Part shown: positions 1 through 13,780 of the stretch, piece by piece
How the letters are laid out: every line of letters begins with the position of its first letter
Numbering within the stretch: position 1 is the first letter of the stretch
Program-made: the position numbers and the translations under genes
Notes under the pieces: generated by a model
Database searches by the model: none
The model's input: only the letters and a program-made list of their open reading frames with translations
What the model was told of the DNA's origin: nothing
DNA from: Octopus vulgaris
Taxonomy: Eukaryota
Direction of reading: 5' to 3'
Assembly (NCBI GenBank): GCA_951406725.2
Contig: OX597836.1
Span: 1,736,001-1,800,000, forward strand
Length of the DNA stretch: 64,000 bases

Positions 1-687
1 GGAGTGGAGATGTAGCAAGACATAAATATCGGATTCCGAGCTCAAAGATGGTCACGCGCTCAAGATGGATTCCGCGCTCAGTTTTGGAGAGACACGGGCC
101 ATGATTCATTGTGAGTTAATTAGTAATAACTGGAGAGTTTGGTCTCCTAGACAACGATAATTGAGTGTTGTACGCGTGTATGTGTGTATATGTGTGTGTA
201 TGCGTGTGCACATATGTGCATGTGTGTGTATGTTTCTAGGTATATATGTGTGTGTAATTCAGCAAATAAGTTTCTCGAAGTCTCAGTGATTCTACAACAT
301 CGCAAGAAATGTGTGTCTACTCGCTTAAATATCAATAAATCTGTATTATATTCTCTCTCCTTGCATATATTTGTGAAAGTGCGTGTATACGTATGCACAT
401 ATATTCTCACACATCCAGTATATTAATATACGTAGCGTGAGGCAGATCGCACAGACGTATACTCTCAATGGCCGCCACAGACTGACACAGGCGCCCCTTA
501 AGAAGACGATGCAGACAAAAATACACGCGCGTACACATAGTGAAGCACATATAAATATTTTCAGTATTACACGCAGACATTGAGAGATACCTCCACAGAT
601 ACATAAACAGAAGGACACCCGCCTATTTATACAATAAACACATATTCAAATATACTTCTTTGACCATAATATGCAGGTGTGTATATG

Positions 688-993
<306 letters not shown>

Positions 994-1552
994 GAAGTGG
1001 TGTGTAAATTATAAATTATATAGCGCTGCCAATTTATCATCGTAAGTTCTTTCCACATCAGTGAATTTCGTAGTTAGACCAACGTATTGAGACGTATATA
1101 TTGATAGTCAGCGGTTTGTCAGTATATGAGGCCAGATGGGGTGAGACAGGTGGCAAAGGATGGTGGGTAAATAAATAGAAAGATATATAGATAAATAAAG
1201 GGGTTGATAGATAGATTGAGAGGGAGAGAGAAAGAGAGAGAGAGATAGGAGAGGGACAGAGAGAGGGAGAAATTGTTTATTTGGCTGTTGCAGATTGTCT
1301 GTGTTTGGAAAAAAAGAATGAAAGAGAAATAAGTGGGCGGAGATGATAGAGAGAGGAGATAAGCAGTCGTATTAAGTGTTTTGATAAACGTAAACATAAA
1401 AAGATGAGAGGGAGAGAGAGAGAGAGAAATATGAGAGTGAGAGAGGTAGGGAGAATGTTAGCCGGAAGCTGGCGGTCGAATTGATAGACTTGGTTCAAAG
1501 TTAGACTCCTGTAGCCAGACAGGAAGGTGAATATATGAACGGTTGAAGGGGC

Positions 1553-1740
1553 ATACATACATACATACATACATACATACAAATATACTTACATACATAA
1601 TACCTACATACATACATACATACATACATACATACATACATACATACATACATACATACATACATACATACATACGTACATACATACATACATACATAGT
1701 TAAAACATACTTACATATATACATAAATACATATATGCAT
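1553..1740. repeat. (CATA)n microsatellite
   Basis: Direct reading. Confidence 0.95.
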
Positions 1741-2998
1741 ACCTAAAACGAAAGAAAAGGCAGCAGAGGCTTAACATCAATCCAAAATGCCTTTGAATGT
1801 TGCATCACATCCATTCGGCAACATCTTCTAACCACAAATTGTCGAAGTGTATCCCATGACCAAGTCTGCATACATAAAGTTGATAACCTCATAAGACATG
1901 GGAGGTAGATTCTTGAGCAACACTCTTTGTCTGATAACCTAGAATACACTCCTAATTAAGTCGCACGACTCTACCGCAACGTATCATTAGATGAAAAGAT
2001 GAGTCTATATGAGCAGAAGACTATGCATAGATATGTTACTAGAAAGCTCCGTGATGATAGTAACATCGATCATCAAAGCAGATTATCATGGATGAATAGC
2101 CGGATTGCAACTACTCACTTTGAAGAGTATGCGTTTGCAATCCAGGAACAGGAAATATCAATCCAGTACCTGTTGCACAAAAGGGATAGAGGTGCAGGAA
2201 ATGCCGTAAAATGTAACAACGGATGCAGACTTTGTGGAGTTCACCCTGAAGATATCACTTACATCGTAAGCAGTTCTCCGAAAATGTCACCACGGTATTA
2301 TCTACCGATTAGACATGATGTTGTAGCTAAGACACACTATAATGAAATCTGTTGGAAGGATAATCCCAATGACAAAGAAATAAGAACCCAAAGTATGGTA
2401 GAAACAGTAGCCACTCATAATCAGAAGGAATACTGGTGGAATGTCCCAGTGAAGACCTCAATAAAATGTAAGCACGACTCACATGATATAATGATAGAGA
2501 TATAAGGATTTGGGATAGAGAAGAGAAGCAGTTGTGGAAATTAGATACCCAGCGGATGTTAACATAAAACTGAAGATCAGTGAAAAAGTGAGCACCTATG
2601 CTAAACTATTGAAAAATCTGCAGTTACTCTATCCAGGTTACAAGTTCAGGTTTATACCTGTAACTAAGGGTGCCCTGGGGAATGTAACACACTCCCTAAA
2701 TATTAATCTTGAGAAATTAGACTTCTCAAAACCAGAAAGGTGAAAGCTAATTCGAAGACTACAGATCCAAGCCGTCACTGGAACTGTAAGAATCTGTAAA
2801 ACTTTCCAGATGTTTATCATTTAGATATACGAGCACATCTAGATATGAAACTATATGCATGAGAATACATACATACAAACATACGAACAAAACTACCATG
2901 TTGTTGATTTTGAAATTCCAATAAAGGAGCCTTGCATCTGGGTTAGAAACGGGTTCTTTCTCTATTGGCAAGAAATCTTGAAATAAATTTGAATAATG
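1740..2998 (+). mobile_element. 5'-truncated, inactivated R4/Dong-clade (R2 superfamily) non-LTR retrotransposon: thumb, zinc knuckle, REL endonuclease and 3' UTR
   Basis: Translation across stops and frameshifts: YLKRK-GSRGL (cf. RLYLPRKxGGRGL), KTMHRY, FAIQEQEI, CRLC...EDITYIVSSSP (degenerate CCHC), RHD, HDSHDIMI (cf. HNRPD), EIRYP, EKVSTY, IPVTKGALG; stop at 2821-2823; AATAAA in the UTR; ends at (AT)n. Confidence 0.9.
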
Positions 2999-3000
2999 AC

Positions 3001-3207
<207 letters not shown>

Positions 3208-3886
3208 TCAGCCATAAGTCCCCCGACAGTAAATCAAACATCCATATATACGTAATATTCAATTTTATTCGTTTCAATTATGGATATTTAATAATTGAAT
3301 ACTGTAATTTAACTGGGTTTTTTTTTTGAACGTTTGTTTATTTATTAGCGAAGTCTCATATGAAAGAATCTTGGAACTGTTTTAATCTCGGAACTTTTAT
3401 TTACTGTCAGGCAACATTTGCACAACACTGTGATATATGTATACACACACACATATATATATGTATAGACATACACACACACACACACACATATGGATAT
3501 GTATATTTATATATGTATGCACATTTATATGTAGATTGAAAAAGAGAAAGAACAGCGTGAGTCGATTTTCGAAACCCATTGTGACCTCATCTTGGCTGTC
3601 TTCATCGTTTTTACCAATTCCCAGAGGAATTACCAGCCAATCTGTTCCTGTACTTCTACTAATTTTCATACCGCAAATGTTTCGCATTATATTTCATAAG
3701 AATACGGCTGGCAACAGGAATGACAATCCACACGCGGTTAAGGTATGACATCATGTCTCTAACCTGTCAGCTGGATGTATGATCAGGGCAAATTAAGACA
3801 TCTCTGCAGGTATACAGATTGACGGATTGAGACTGATATAGAAATGCAATACGCGAGTGAATGCACGTTGACATAACACCCACGAG

Positions 3887-3926
<40 letters not shown>

Positions 3927-4102
3927 AGGAGAGAGAGAGACGGAGAGAAAAAGAGAGAGAGAACGAGGGAGAGAGGTTGGGAAATAAAGACATATATATA
4001 TATATAATTATATATATATATATATAAAATTATATACACATCTCTATCTCTCCCTCTCTGCGTGCACACACACACGCATACACACACACACACACATACT
4101 TG

Positions 4103-4262
4103 ATAGGCTTCTTTCAGTCTCCGACAACTAAATCCACTCGTAAGGTTTTGGTCGGTCCAAGGCTACGGTAGAAGCACCTGAACAAGTTGCCACGCAGTGG
4201 GACTAAACACAGGAGCTTGTAGTGGGGAAGTCAACTGCTTACTAGAGAGCCACTCCTGAGCC
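4103..4262 (-). mobile_element. tRNA-derived SINE family A, 5' half
   Basis: Homologous to 52358-52503 and other copies (gcttctttcagt...cgcagtgggact...gccactcct). Confidence 0.85.
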
Positions 4263-4457
4263 TAAATATATAAATATGTATAAATATAAATACTACTAAT
4301 ATAGGATGAATATATAAAATTCCCATTGGCTGGCTTTCCTCGATTTCAGCTCTTCGTGTTTTCTGTAGCAAGTAAATAATATGTGGAAATTGACGATTTA
4401 AAAGTCTGTTATATTGGCATAGAAATAATTTTCTTTAGCCCTTATTTATAAGTTGTT

Positions 4458-4511
<54 letters not shown>

Positions 4512-4513
<2 letters not shown>

Positions 4514-4817
4514 CACACCATCGGTTACGAGTACGAGTGTCCCAGTTGATACGATCGGTGGAGCAGCTTGCTAACGTGCAAGTGGCTGAGCATTCGTCAG
4601 ACATGTGTGCCATTAACGTAGTTCTCAAGGAGATTTATCATGACACACAGGTTGTGACAAGGCTGGCCCTTTGTAATTACAGCTACAACTCATTTTTTGC
4701 CAGCTGGGAGGACTGGAGCAACGAGAAATAAAGTGTCTTGCTCAAGGACACAGTGTATCGCCGGAAGTTGAACTCACGATCGTATGGTCGTGAGCGGAAT
4801 GCCCTATCCAATAAGGC
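4512..4817 (-). mobile_element. tRNA-derived SINE family C with CORE-like central region
   Basis: B-box-like gagttcaacttcc on minus strand, gtgtccttgagcaagacactttatt; homologous to 35260-35555, 53040-53249, 54660-54850. Confidence 0.8.
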
Positions 4818-6020
4818 GGCTGTGTGATGTGTATATATGTATGTGTGTATGTATGTATGTATGTATGTATGTATGTATGTATGTATCTATCTATCTATAT
4901 ATATATGTATATATGTATATTTTAATATTTATATATATATATATATAAGCATAGATACACGCATATATGTATGTCTGTCTAACACATGGGAGATGAAGAG
5001 AAATTGTTATGACAAATGTTACGCGCGCGCGCGTATGACCGGGAGAAGAAGGGAAAGATAGGCAAAGGTAAGAGAGGGAAATTTGGTAAAAGGTGAATCA
5101 ATAGATTCGAAAGATATCAATTAGAATTATATCTGATTAAGTCTGAGAGAGAAAGGAATATATTAATTACAATCTATCGAGTCTGGTTTATGACAAAGAT
5201 CATAATGTGTACCCCCATTCCCACCCCTGTCTCATTATCAACGATCTACGTGCCGTTATAGAAGTGTGTTTAAAGTAGGTTTGTTTACTTCATAATCTCT
5301 TGGGCCGGTGGCCAAAACACTGCGGCTAACCTTGGACACGTAAATGACTTTTAGCTTAGCCCCGTATCGACCGATGCCCAGTTCTGTCGGAGAATACACA
5401 GATACACAAGGCATTTCCGAAGCTTAACATACATACACGCAAGCTCGCACACGCGCACACAAACAGACACACACATATATACACTCGGACACACAGACCG
5501 TGGCATTCGTTCTTCGTCATGTATCGTAGATTTTCAAAACAAAGTCCCCCCGGTCAAGCCCTGCCTCCCCTATCATATAAACCCACTGCCTTACTATCTC
5601 ACAACGCTTTTTTGGTAGAAATATTTTGGGGTGGGTCGCTATTGCCCTCCACAACGAGATCACCGTTTGCCCAGAGAGAACTCATCTGCCCTTCAGCAAA
5701 TATTGTTTTTAGTCCTGCTGCAGATACCTGTCCAGATACCTTCCACATAAGGGTAGAAAGTTGCGACTCACTTAGCCATCCTACTTAGTCGCTGACTACC
5801 CGACCAAGAAACAGTTCGCACCGATCTACAAAATGTTAGCAGCAAATCTCATCTGCCCGTGACATATAGACTCATCTGTTATATGTCTTTCCACTTTCAC
5901 TTCGAACTTACAAAAGTGTTTTAACGTAGTCGCATGACAATGGCAATGTAGAAGTATCCGTGAAATCGAACCTTGGATCTCATTTTTGTGAAGTAACCCT
6001 CAAAACTAATCTGACATTAC

Positions 6021-6068
<48 letters not shown>

Positions 6069-6341
6069 TCACACATACATACATATATATATATATATAT
6101 AATTTACTTAAAAAAATTCCGAAATCTATAGGTGTAAGCGTAAAAACAAGCTAACAGCTTTTATTTTTTTCCTTCCATTTGAAATTGCTTAAACTTTGTG
6201 GTTTAAATATATCTTTTATTGTGATTGTCGACCGATTTCGCTTTCGCTATTCAGATCATTAAAATTGATTTAAATATGTATTTTCCTAAGAAGAAATGTT
6301 TTCGCCCACGTTGTGTGTAAAATCTATGAGTGAATGATTCA

Positions 6342-6413
<72 letters not shown>

Positions 6414-6710
6414 TGTCATAAAGCTGACCAAGTGTATATAGAGTCCTCTAATAGAGGCTTCTATACATTGAGTGTTGTTTAGAAGTTACTCGGAGCCTTA
6501 AGCAATGCATAAAAGAAAATAACGACAGGGAGACCGAATGTATCCACATAAAGGAAGTGAATATTTACCATCATATGCAGAATGTATGCATGCATGTGTG
6601 TATATACGAATGCGTATAAATGAATGTCCCTGTGCGTCCTCTCATACACAAACACATGTTCAAACATACATATACATTTGTGCATACAAATGCACATACA
6701 TAAACATATG

Positions 6711-6743
<33 letters not shown>

Positions 6744-7051
6744 ATGTGTGTGTGCGTCTATGTGTGTGTGTTTGTGGATGTTTGTTCGCGTGGGTGTGTA
6801 TGTATAAATACATATATACACTGAAACATATACCAGCCAAAGTATATATATATCTGTGCGTGTGTGTCTACAAGTGTGTGTGTGTGTATACATATATATA
6901 TATATAAATGTATATATATATATATATATATACGCATGTGTGTATGCAGATTTATATGCATATATATGTAGAATAAAAACATACATTTTTGCACATACAT
7001 TTTCCATGTGTATGTTTGTATTCATCCTTCTGTGCGTATATGTGTGTGTGC

Positions 7052-7107
<56 letters not shown>

Positions 7108-7282
7108 GTGTGCGTGTGTGTATATCTGTTGTATTTTACGGTGGTCTGTAAGCTGTGGAACTGTTTTGAATGTCCAGTTTTCCTTTGAAGTTGTAATGGC
7201 GTCGAAAAGATGAAAGTGATCACTTAGGTTCAATCCTGACTGACGGATGAAGAAACACAATACAACTTTGATGCTAAACCTT

Positions 7283-8110
7283 TGCAGAAACAACAACAAC
7301 ATGAACAAGAACAACAACATGAACAAGAACAACAACATCACCAACGAGAACGATATCAATAGCCACAACGATATCAATAACCAGTAAACACAGCAGCAGC
7401 GACAACAACAACAATATTAATGATAACAACAACAGCAACTACTACTACTATTAATACTGCTGCTGCTGGTGCTGATGCTGGTGCTGCTGCTGCTACTTGA
7501 TCACCAATGGCGACCAAGCTGACGTAAAGAGTAATATTGATAAGAAAGCGCGGAATTACACGAACAACAAAAGCAGTAGTTGATGCTGTGACACCTAACA
7601 ATTACCGCCTCCACCGACAACAACAACGATAAGAAGAACAATGATAACAGCTATAACAACAACAGCAACAACAATATCTATATCGTACATCAATAACCAC
7701 AATGACAGCAGCTATAACTGCAACGACTGCAACAAGAACATTATTGCAACGTAGCAACGCAGCAACCTCCATTGAAGCAACTCGTTGCAATTGCAACGAC
7801 TCTAATAATCTCACGGCTTTAACGACAATGGCCACAATATCATAGCAACTGCAACCGCAACAACAAATACAACAACAAGACGTTCAGCAATGAGAAAGGA
7901 CTATAACAACAAGTGCAACAACAATAACAACAACAACATCTGTAAAACTCTGCGATGACAACAGTTGATGGAACAAGATGAACAACGGCAGCCATACAAC
8001 CACACGGCAAGAAAATAGCGTAAATAAATTTAATGGCAGCTGTAGCAGCAGCAACAACAACAACAATAGCAAGAATATCAGTGACAAAAGATTTAAGAGC
8101 ATCAATAATA
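7283..8110. repeat. Cryptic (AAC/AGC)n low-complexity region
   Basis: Degenerate triplet repeats with scattered stops. Confidence 0.85.
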
Positions 8111-8123
8111 ATGTATGACATAG

Positions 8124-8418
8124 TCATGGGCGTGGCTGTGTGGTAAGGAGTTTGATTCGTAACCACATAGTTCCGGGTTCAGTTTGACTGCGCGGAATTT
8201 GGGCAGGCGTTTTCTAGTATAGCCCTGGGACGACCAAAGCCTTAGTAGAAGGATGCTAAAAGAAGCCCATATATATATATACATATAATATATATATATA
8301 TATGTGTGTATGTGTGTGTGTCTTTGGGTCTGTGCTTGCCCTCACCACCACTAAACTTGTTGAGGGTGTTGCCCCAGCATGACCGCGGCCTTATGACTGG
8401 AAAATAAAATACAAGAAT
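8124..8418 (+). mobile_element. SINE family A, near full length, with internal (AT)/(GT) tract
   Basis: Head gtggctgtgtggtaag...gttccgggttcag; tail ccagcatgaccgcgg...atgactggaaa. Confidence 0.85.
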
Positions 8419-8689
8419 TACCAAAGCATGAACAGTAACGGCTAAAATAAAATGAAATCCAGTAACGTTTCAAAAACAATAGAAAGCTTTGAATCATAGA
8501 TAATTCTACAACGGCATCATTAATAACAACTAAACAGTGATCGATTCAGCAGCAGAATAAAGACCCTCTTTGGTCATGAATGACCATGGAACTGGACCTT
8601 GAAAGTTCCCCTCCGAGGCATAAGTCCAGGCAAGGTTCTTTATAGAAGACCAGCAAGAGAGGCAGATAGAGGGAAAGAGTGGGAGAGAT

Positions 8690-8726
<37 letters not shown>

Positions 8727-8985
8727 AGGTGGGTGTGCGGGAAAGGAAGTGGTATTGGTTAATGCAGTCCATGCTCGGTAATGTTCGAAATGGAAAGAAT
8801 ATATTTTGTTGGGGTTCGCCTTTGTTTTGCTGCTGAGTCAGGGTTGAGCTGGCGCTAAAGAAGAAGATTAAACGAAAATACCAAGAAAACGTAAACAACT
8901 CCCATGTAAATAATACGAAGGGAAAGAACTGTGGCAAAGAACAAACTGGTGCAACACAAACCACAAAAGCAACCAGATCCAAAGA

Positions 8986-9210
8986 ACCTAACATTGGAGT
9001 CGCTTTGTGCCGCTCGATATGCTAGAAATAGTAGCCGTGAAGTAAACTTTCTCAGAGCACAACTTCTCGTTTTAAAAATTCAAAGGACTACATCCTGTAA
9101 TATAGTCCTTGATAATATATGTCTGGAAATAGGATGAGGGGGTCACAACAGGATTGTTTTTGACCATAGGCCTGATTGAAGGAAGCTGGCCAAGAGTTAA
9201 AGAACAAGAA
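8986..9210. mobile_element. Dispersed repeat family D fragment (unclassified)
   Basis: GCTAGAAATAGTAGCC (9021-9036) recurs as reverse complement at 49775-49789 and 55786-55801. Confidence 0.5.
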
Positions 9211-9263
9211 CAATAACTACTACTACTACTACTACTACTACTACACCACGACCACCACTACTT

Positions 9264-9297
<34 letters not shown>

Positions 9298-9335
9298 ACC
9301 ATCACCGCCACCGCCACCACCACTACTACCACCAT

Positions 9336-9371
<36 letters not shown>

Positions 9372-10066
9372 ACCACCACTACTACTACTACTACTACTAT
9401 GGCAAGGTCAGCATTTAGAGCAATAAGAATAATGGTAATATTGCATCAAGAAGTACCGCAGGAAGAAAAATAAGAGCAGTGACGAGAATGGGAACGAGAG
9501 GAGGAACTTCGTGAACAAAAGAAACGCAATAAGATTGGAAACGACGACGACAACAACAACAACAATCAGAACAACAACAACAACAGCTTTTAAAGGAGCA
9601 ATATGAACAAGAACAAAACAAAAAACAAAAGAAACATCAATGAGTAAAACGGAAGTTGCACCATTAAAAATGAACCAAAAACAAGGAATATCAAAAACAA
9701 AAACAAGGAAAGCAGAAAAACAGTCAGAAAACATAATAAAGAATAAAAACAATAATAAAAAAAATCAATAAAAGCAAACAAAAATATTACAAAACACTGT
9801 TGAAAAGTAGCAAAAAACAACAACAAACCACAGCAGCAAATACCCGGATGTTGGTGTTGAGCCAGAACAATGAGTAAAGTTAGAAAGAGATGTATTAATA
9901 AATATTTCATATAAACGTATATTGTGAATGGTAGACTTATATATGTATGCATGGTTGGCTGGATGGCTACGGTTGGATGGCTGGATGGCTGTTTGTATCC
10001 ATGTTATGAATGCATGAATGCACCTATCACCAACTGCGTTCCCTTTCTCATTTCTGCCTCTCTGTT

Positions 10067-10126
<60 letters not shown>

Positions 10127-10744
10127 TATATATATATATGTATGTATGTATAACTTGTATATTTCTTAGACTGCCAAATTAAAGTTTCAGTTATATATAA
10201 TAGCTTTTCACACAGCGACTATTCACAAGAAGAAGACTAAAACAGCCCTTTCAAAGCGGTTGTTCGGAATGTTCTATAAGACATCTACTGGAAAAGGCTT
10301 TGAGATGATCTTGTGGAACTGTCACATGACCATGCTGAGCTAATCAATCTGTACGTTAAACTCATAAGGAAACGGCGTCTCGAAGAACGGCAAAAATGAT
10401 ACAATTCGTGACAAAACTCCACATTCCTCATAACGAACACTTTTGAAAAAAAAATATAGGAAATCAGTTAAATATGTATGTGTATATTCATGTGTGTCTG
10501 TGCATATCTTTTTACAGGATTAAATAAACAGACAGCAAAAGGAAAATATGACATACCTGTGTATATATATATGTATATATATATATAAAATTTTAAAAGA
10601 TAATAAAAAGATGTAACTAAACATACGAACATATACTAAATACACAGACGAACAGAAGGCACCTCTTCATTTATTGGCCAGAGATCAAGCGCAATTTCGG
10701 TCATTATCGATAATATTGCTTCCACTCTGAAATCACCGGTAAGA

Positions 10745-10896
10745 AACTTGCCGGGAATGAGACAAAAACATAACACTTTGAAACTAACAATTTTGATACT
10801 CTTTTTTACGCTCCATCATGTATCCATGTTTCAAATTTCAGCGCGATCAGTTGAACAATGCTCGAGTTATAAGCGCAAAACAGACAGAGAGAACGG

Positions 10897-10899
<3 letters not shown>
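10745..10899 (-). mobile_element. Possible non-autonomous Helitron-like 5' fragment
   Basis: aaatttcagcgcgatcagttgaacaatgctcgagttataagc...acagacaga followed by an AT run resembles invertebrate non-autonomous Helitron ends; 3' terminus not found. Confidence 0.35.
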
Positions 10900-10943
<44 letters not shown>

Positions 10944-11336
10944 CTTTTGTATTTGGTTTGCAAAATTCGTGTGTTGAAGCATATTTTATACAAATAAACA
11001 TATACAGCAAAAAGAAAAAAGAGAAAACCTTACTGCTGCAAAACAAGACAAAAATGGGTAACGCGAAGGAGAAAAGAAAAATGTCCAGAAGGATTATAGG
11101 CATGGAAGTATATATATATATATATACTTGCGTTTTTCAACCACTTCGACGATTATAGAGGTTGCAACACGCAACGCAAATTTCAGAGAACGTAAATAAA
11201 TACATGAGTAGAAATCGAACCAGTGTGTGTGTTAAGTAATAAGACACTAAGAGAGAATGACTCTTCCTAGACACAATAAAATATCCTTAAATACACGAAT
11301 TCACATAAAGAATCTTGCAAACCAAATACAGCATTG

Positions 11337-11420
<84 letters not shown>

Positions 11421-11751
11421 GTAAGTAAGATTCAGCTGAATCAAGTACTTAAGTTGAGGTACATTGTTAGGTCGGAACAATATACGTACACAACAATATT
11501 ACGTAAATATCAACTTTGGTACAGAAGCACCAGCGGATTGATATTCTTGCAGCGCATTCAGACAATTCACACAGATGAGTACATCATCCGATTTTGAGCT
11601 ATTCAGAAATGCTTTCCGTAATACACTTCAGAATTTGCGAATGTCATGTTCCGGGACAAGTGAATGAAATGTAAATACGTAACAATTGAAGGGAAATTTA
11701 TGGGAAAACTTTACGTATCTATGTATATAGGTATGTTTATACGTGTATATA

Positions 11752-11807
<56 letters not shown>

Positions 11808-11817
11808 CACATATATC

Positions 11818-11863
<46 letters not shown>

Positions 11864-11875
11864 TACACATATATC

Positions 11876-11902
<27 letters not shown>

Positions 11903-11913
<11 letters not shown>

Positions 11914-12134
11914 GTATTAGAGGTTGATACGGGGTTAAAACAAACAAGGAAAGACTTAATCAATACATAAAATTTTATATTTATTAAAATTTTATGTATT
12001 GATTAAGTCTTTCCTTGTTTGTTTTGCAAAATAGTGGTTTTGTCTCTAATAATATTTTATAATATTTTACTATAAAATTGGATTTAATAAATCTGATTTT
12101 TTTCCCTGTAAATTTGGATTTATTCCCTAATATT

Positions 12135-12140
<6 letters not shown>
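11903..12140 (+). mobile_element. Penelope-like pLTR-derived element with 5' inverted duplication, embedded in (AT)n
   Basis: 11985-12140 homologous to 15520-15680; perfect 41-bp inverted repeat 11937-11977/11985-12025. Confidence 0.7.
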
Positions 12141-12186
<46 letters not shown>

Positions 12187-12314
12187 ATATACAAACGCAA
12201 CGTGAGTTACTTGTATGAGTTTGATTCCAGTCACTTCCTCAGAATTGTGACTAGAATTCCATACTCGACCCATCTTTATATGCTTGTATGCTGTGACGAT
12301 TATTCAACTTTAGG

Positions 12315-12360
<46 letters not shown>

Positions 12361-13608
12361 ATTCATACATATGTATATATATATGTGTGTGTGCGTGTGT
12401 TTGTGTATGTATAAATGCACACACACATTCACACACACGCATACACACATATATACAGATATATATGTATAAACATAGACACATATAAAATGTCTACCAG
12501 ATACGTATATTTCCGTTAGGCATTACAATACGGCCAGTTGGTTCTATAATTCTCCATTCAATAGTAATGTCGATAAAATGGAGCGTAGGGCTTAGTTTTA
12601 AACCCCGTCTCCGTACAAGCGTCCCGCTTTGATGAACTGCGAATTACTAAACAAGCCATCCTCCATAGCAAAATTGCGAGAAACATACGAAAGTCGTATT
12701 CTCAGATATACACACTCGCAAAAATACACAAACATATGTGTGTGTATATGTATATATATATGTGTGTGTCTGTGTGTATACTCTCACACACATATTTAGA
12801 ATATAGGAGGAGTTTCCGTCGACAGATTTAATGCCAACAGGTATGTTGTATAAGTGCTTATTTTGGATTATCACTGAAACTCCGATTGAACTGTGACTCG
12901 AGGCGTTTGGAAGGGGCGTTCCTTGCGTGGGTGGATAGAGATTAAGAGAAAAAGAATAAAAGAGACTGGAAAAGCAAAACTCGAAGAAAATCATTTTAAC
13001 TCAGGTACAGAATATGAACATATAGAATCTTTTCCAGCTGTTTCTAGAATAGCTTGATACTTTCATATACGTACATACATACATGTATGCATACAAGCAT
13101 CAATTCATACATAGATACACGCACACACACACACACACACACACATACACACACACACACTTCTGTATATTGGCTCATCCAACCGAAGTTGGATGTGTTG
13201 TTTCTAACACTGTAAACCGCAATGAACGTCCCTGAAAGTCAATCAATGTACAGGACAAATGCTGATAAGCATCGAAATTCTCTGGGCCAGTGAATATATG
13301 AACCGGCGCCACATCACGTGGAATACAACGAGAGAGAACTATCTCTCTCTTGTCGGTTCACTGCATTCGTTTTCCGGTTTCTAGTGCAAAAGGGGAGATA
13401 ACCATTCCAAAATGCAAGCGACCACCAGTCTGGTTCGGGGCGCAGCGAAATGACTTGCTTGTTTTTACACCTTTCTCTCTCTACATCGAGAAAATTCCTT
13501 CATGACGAAATACAGCGAATGATTTGTGTGTGTAAGCGCATGCTTGTTTGTGTTTGTGCACACACACACACACACGCATATATACCACATACGCATATAT
13601 ACCACATA

Positions 13609-13780
<172 letters not shown>

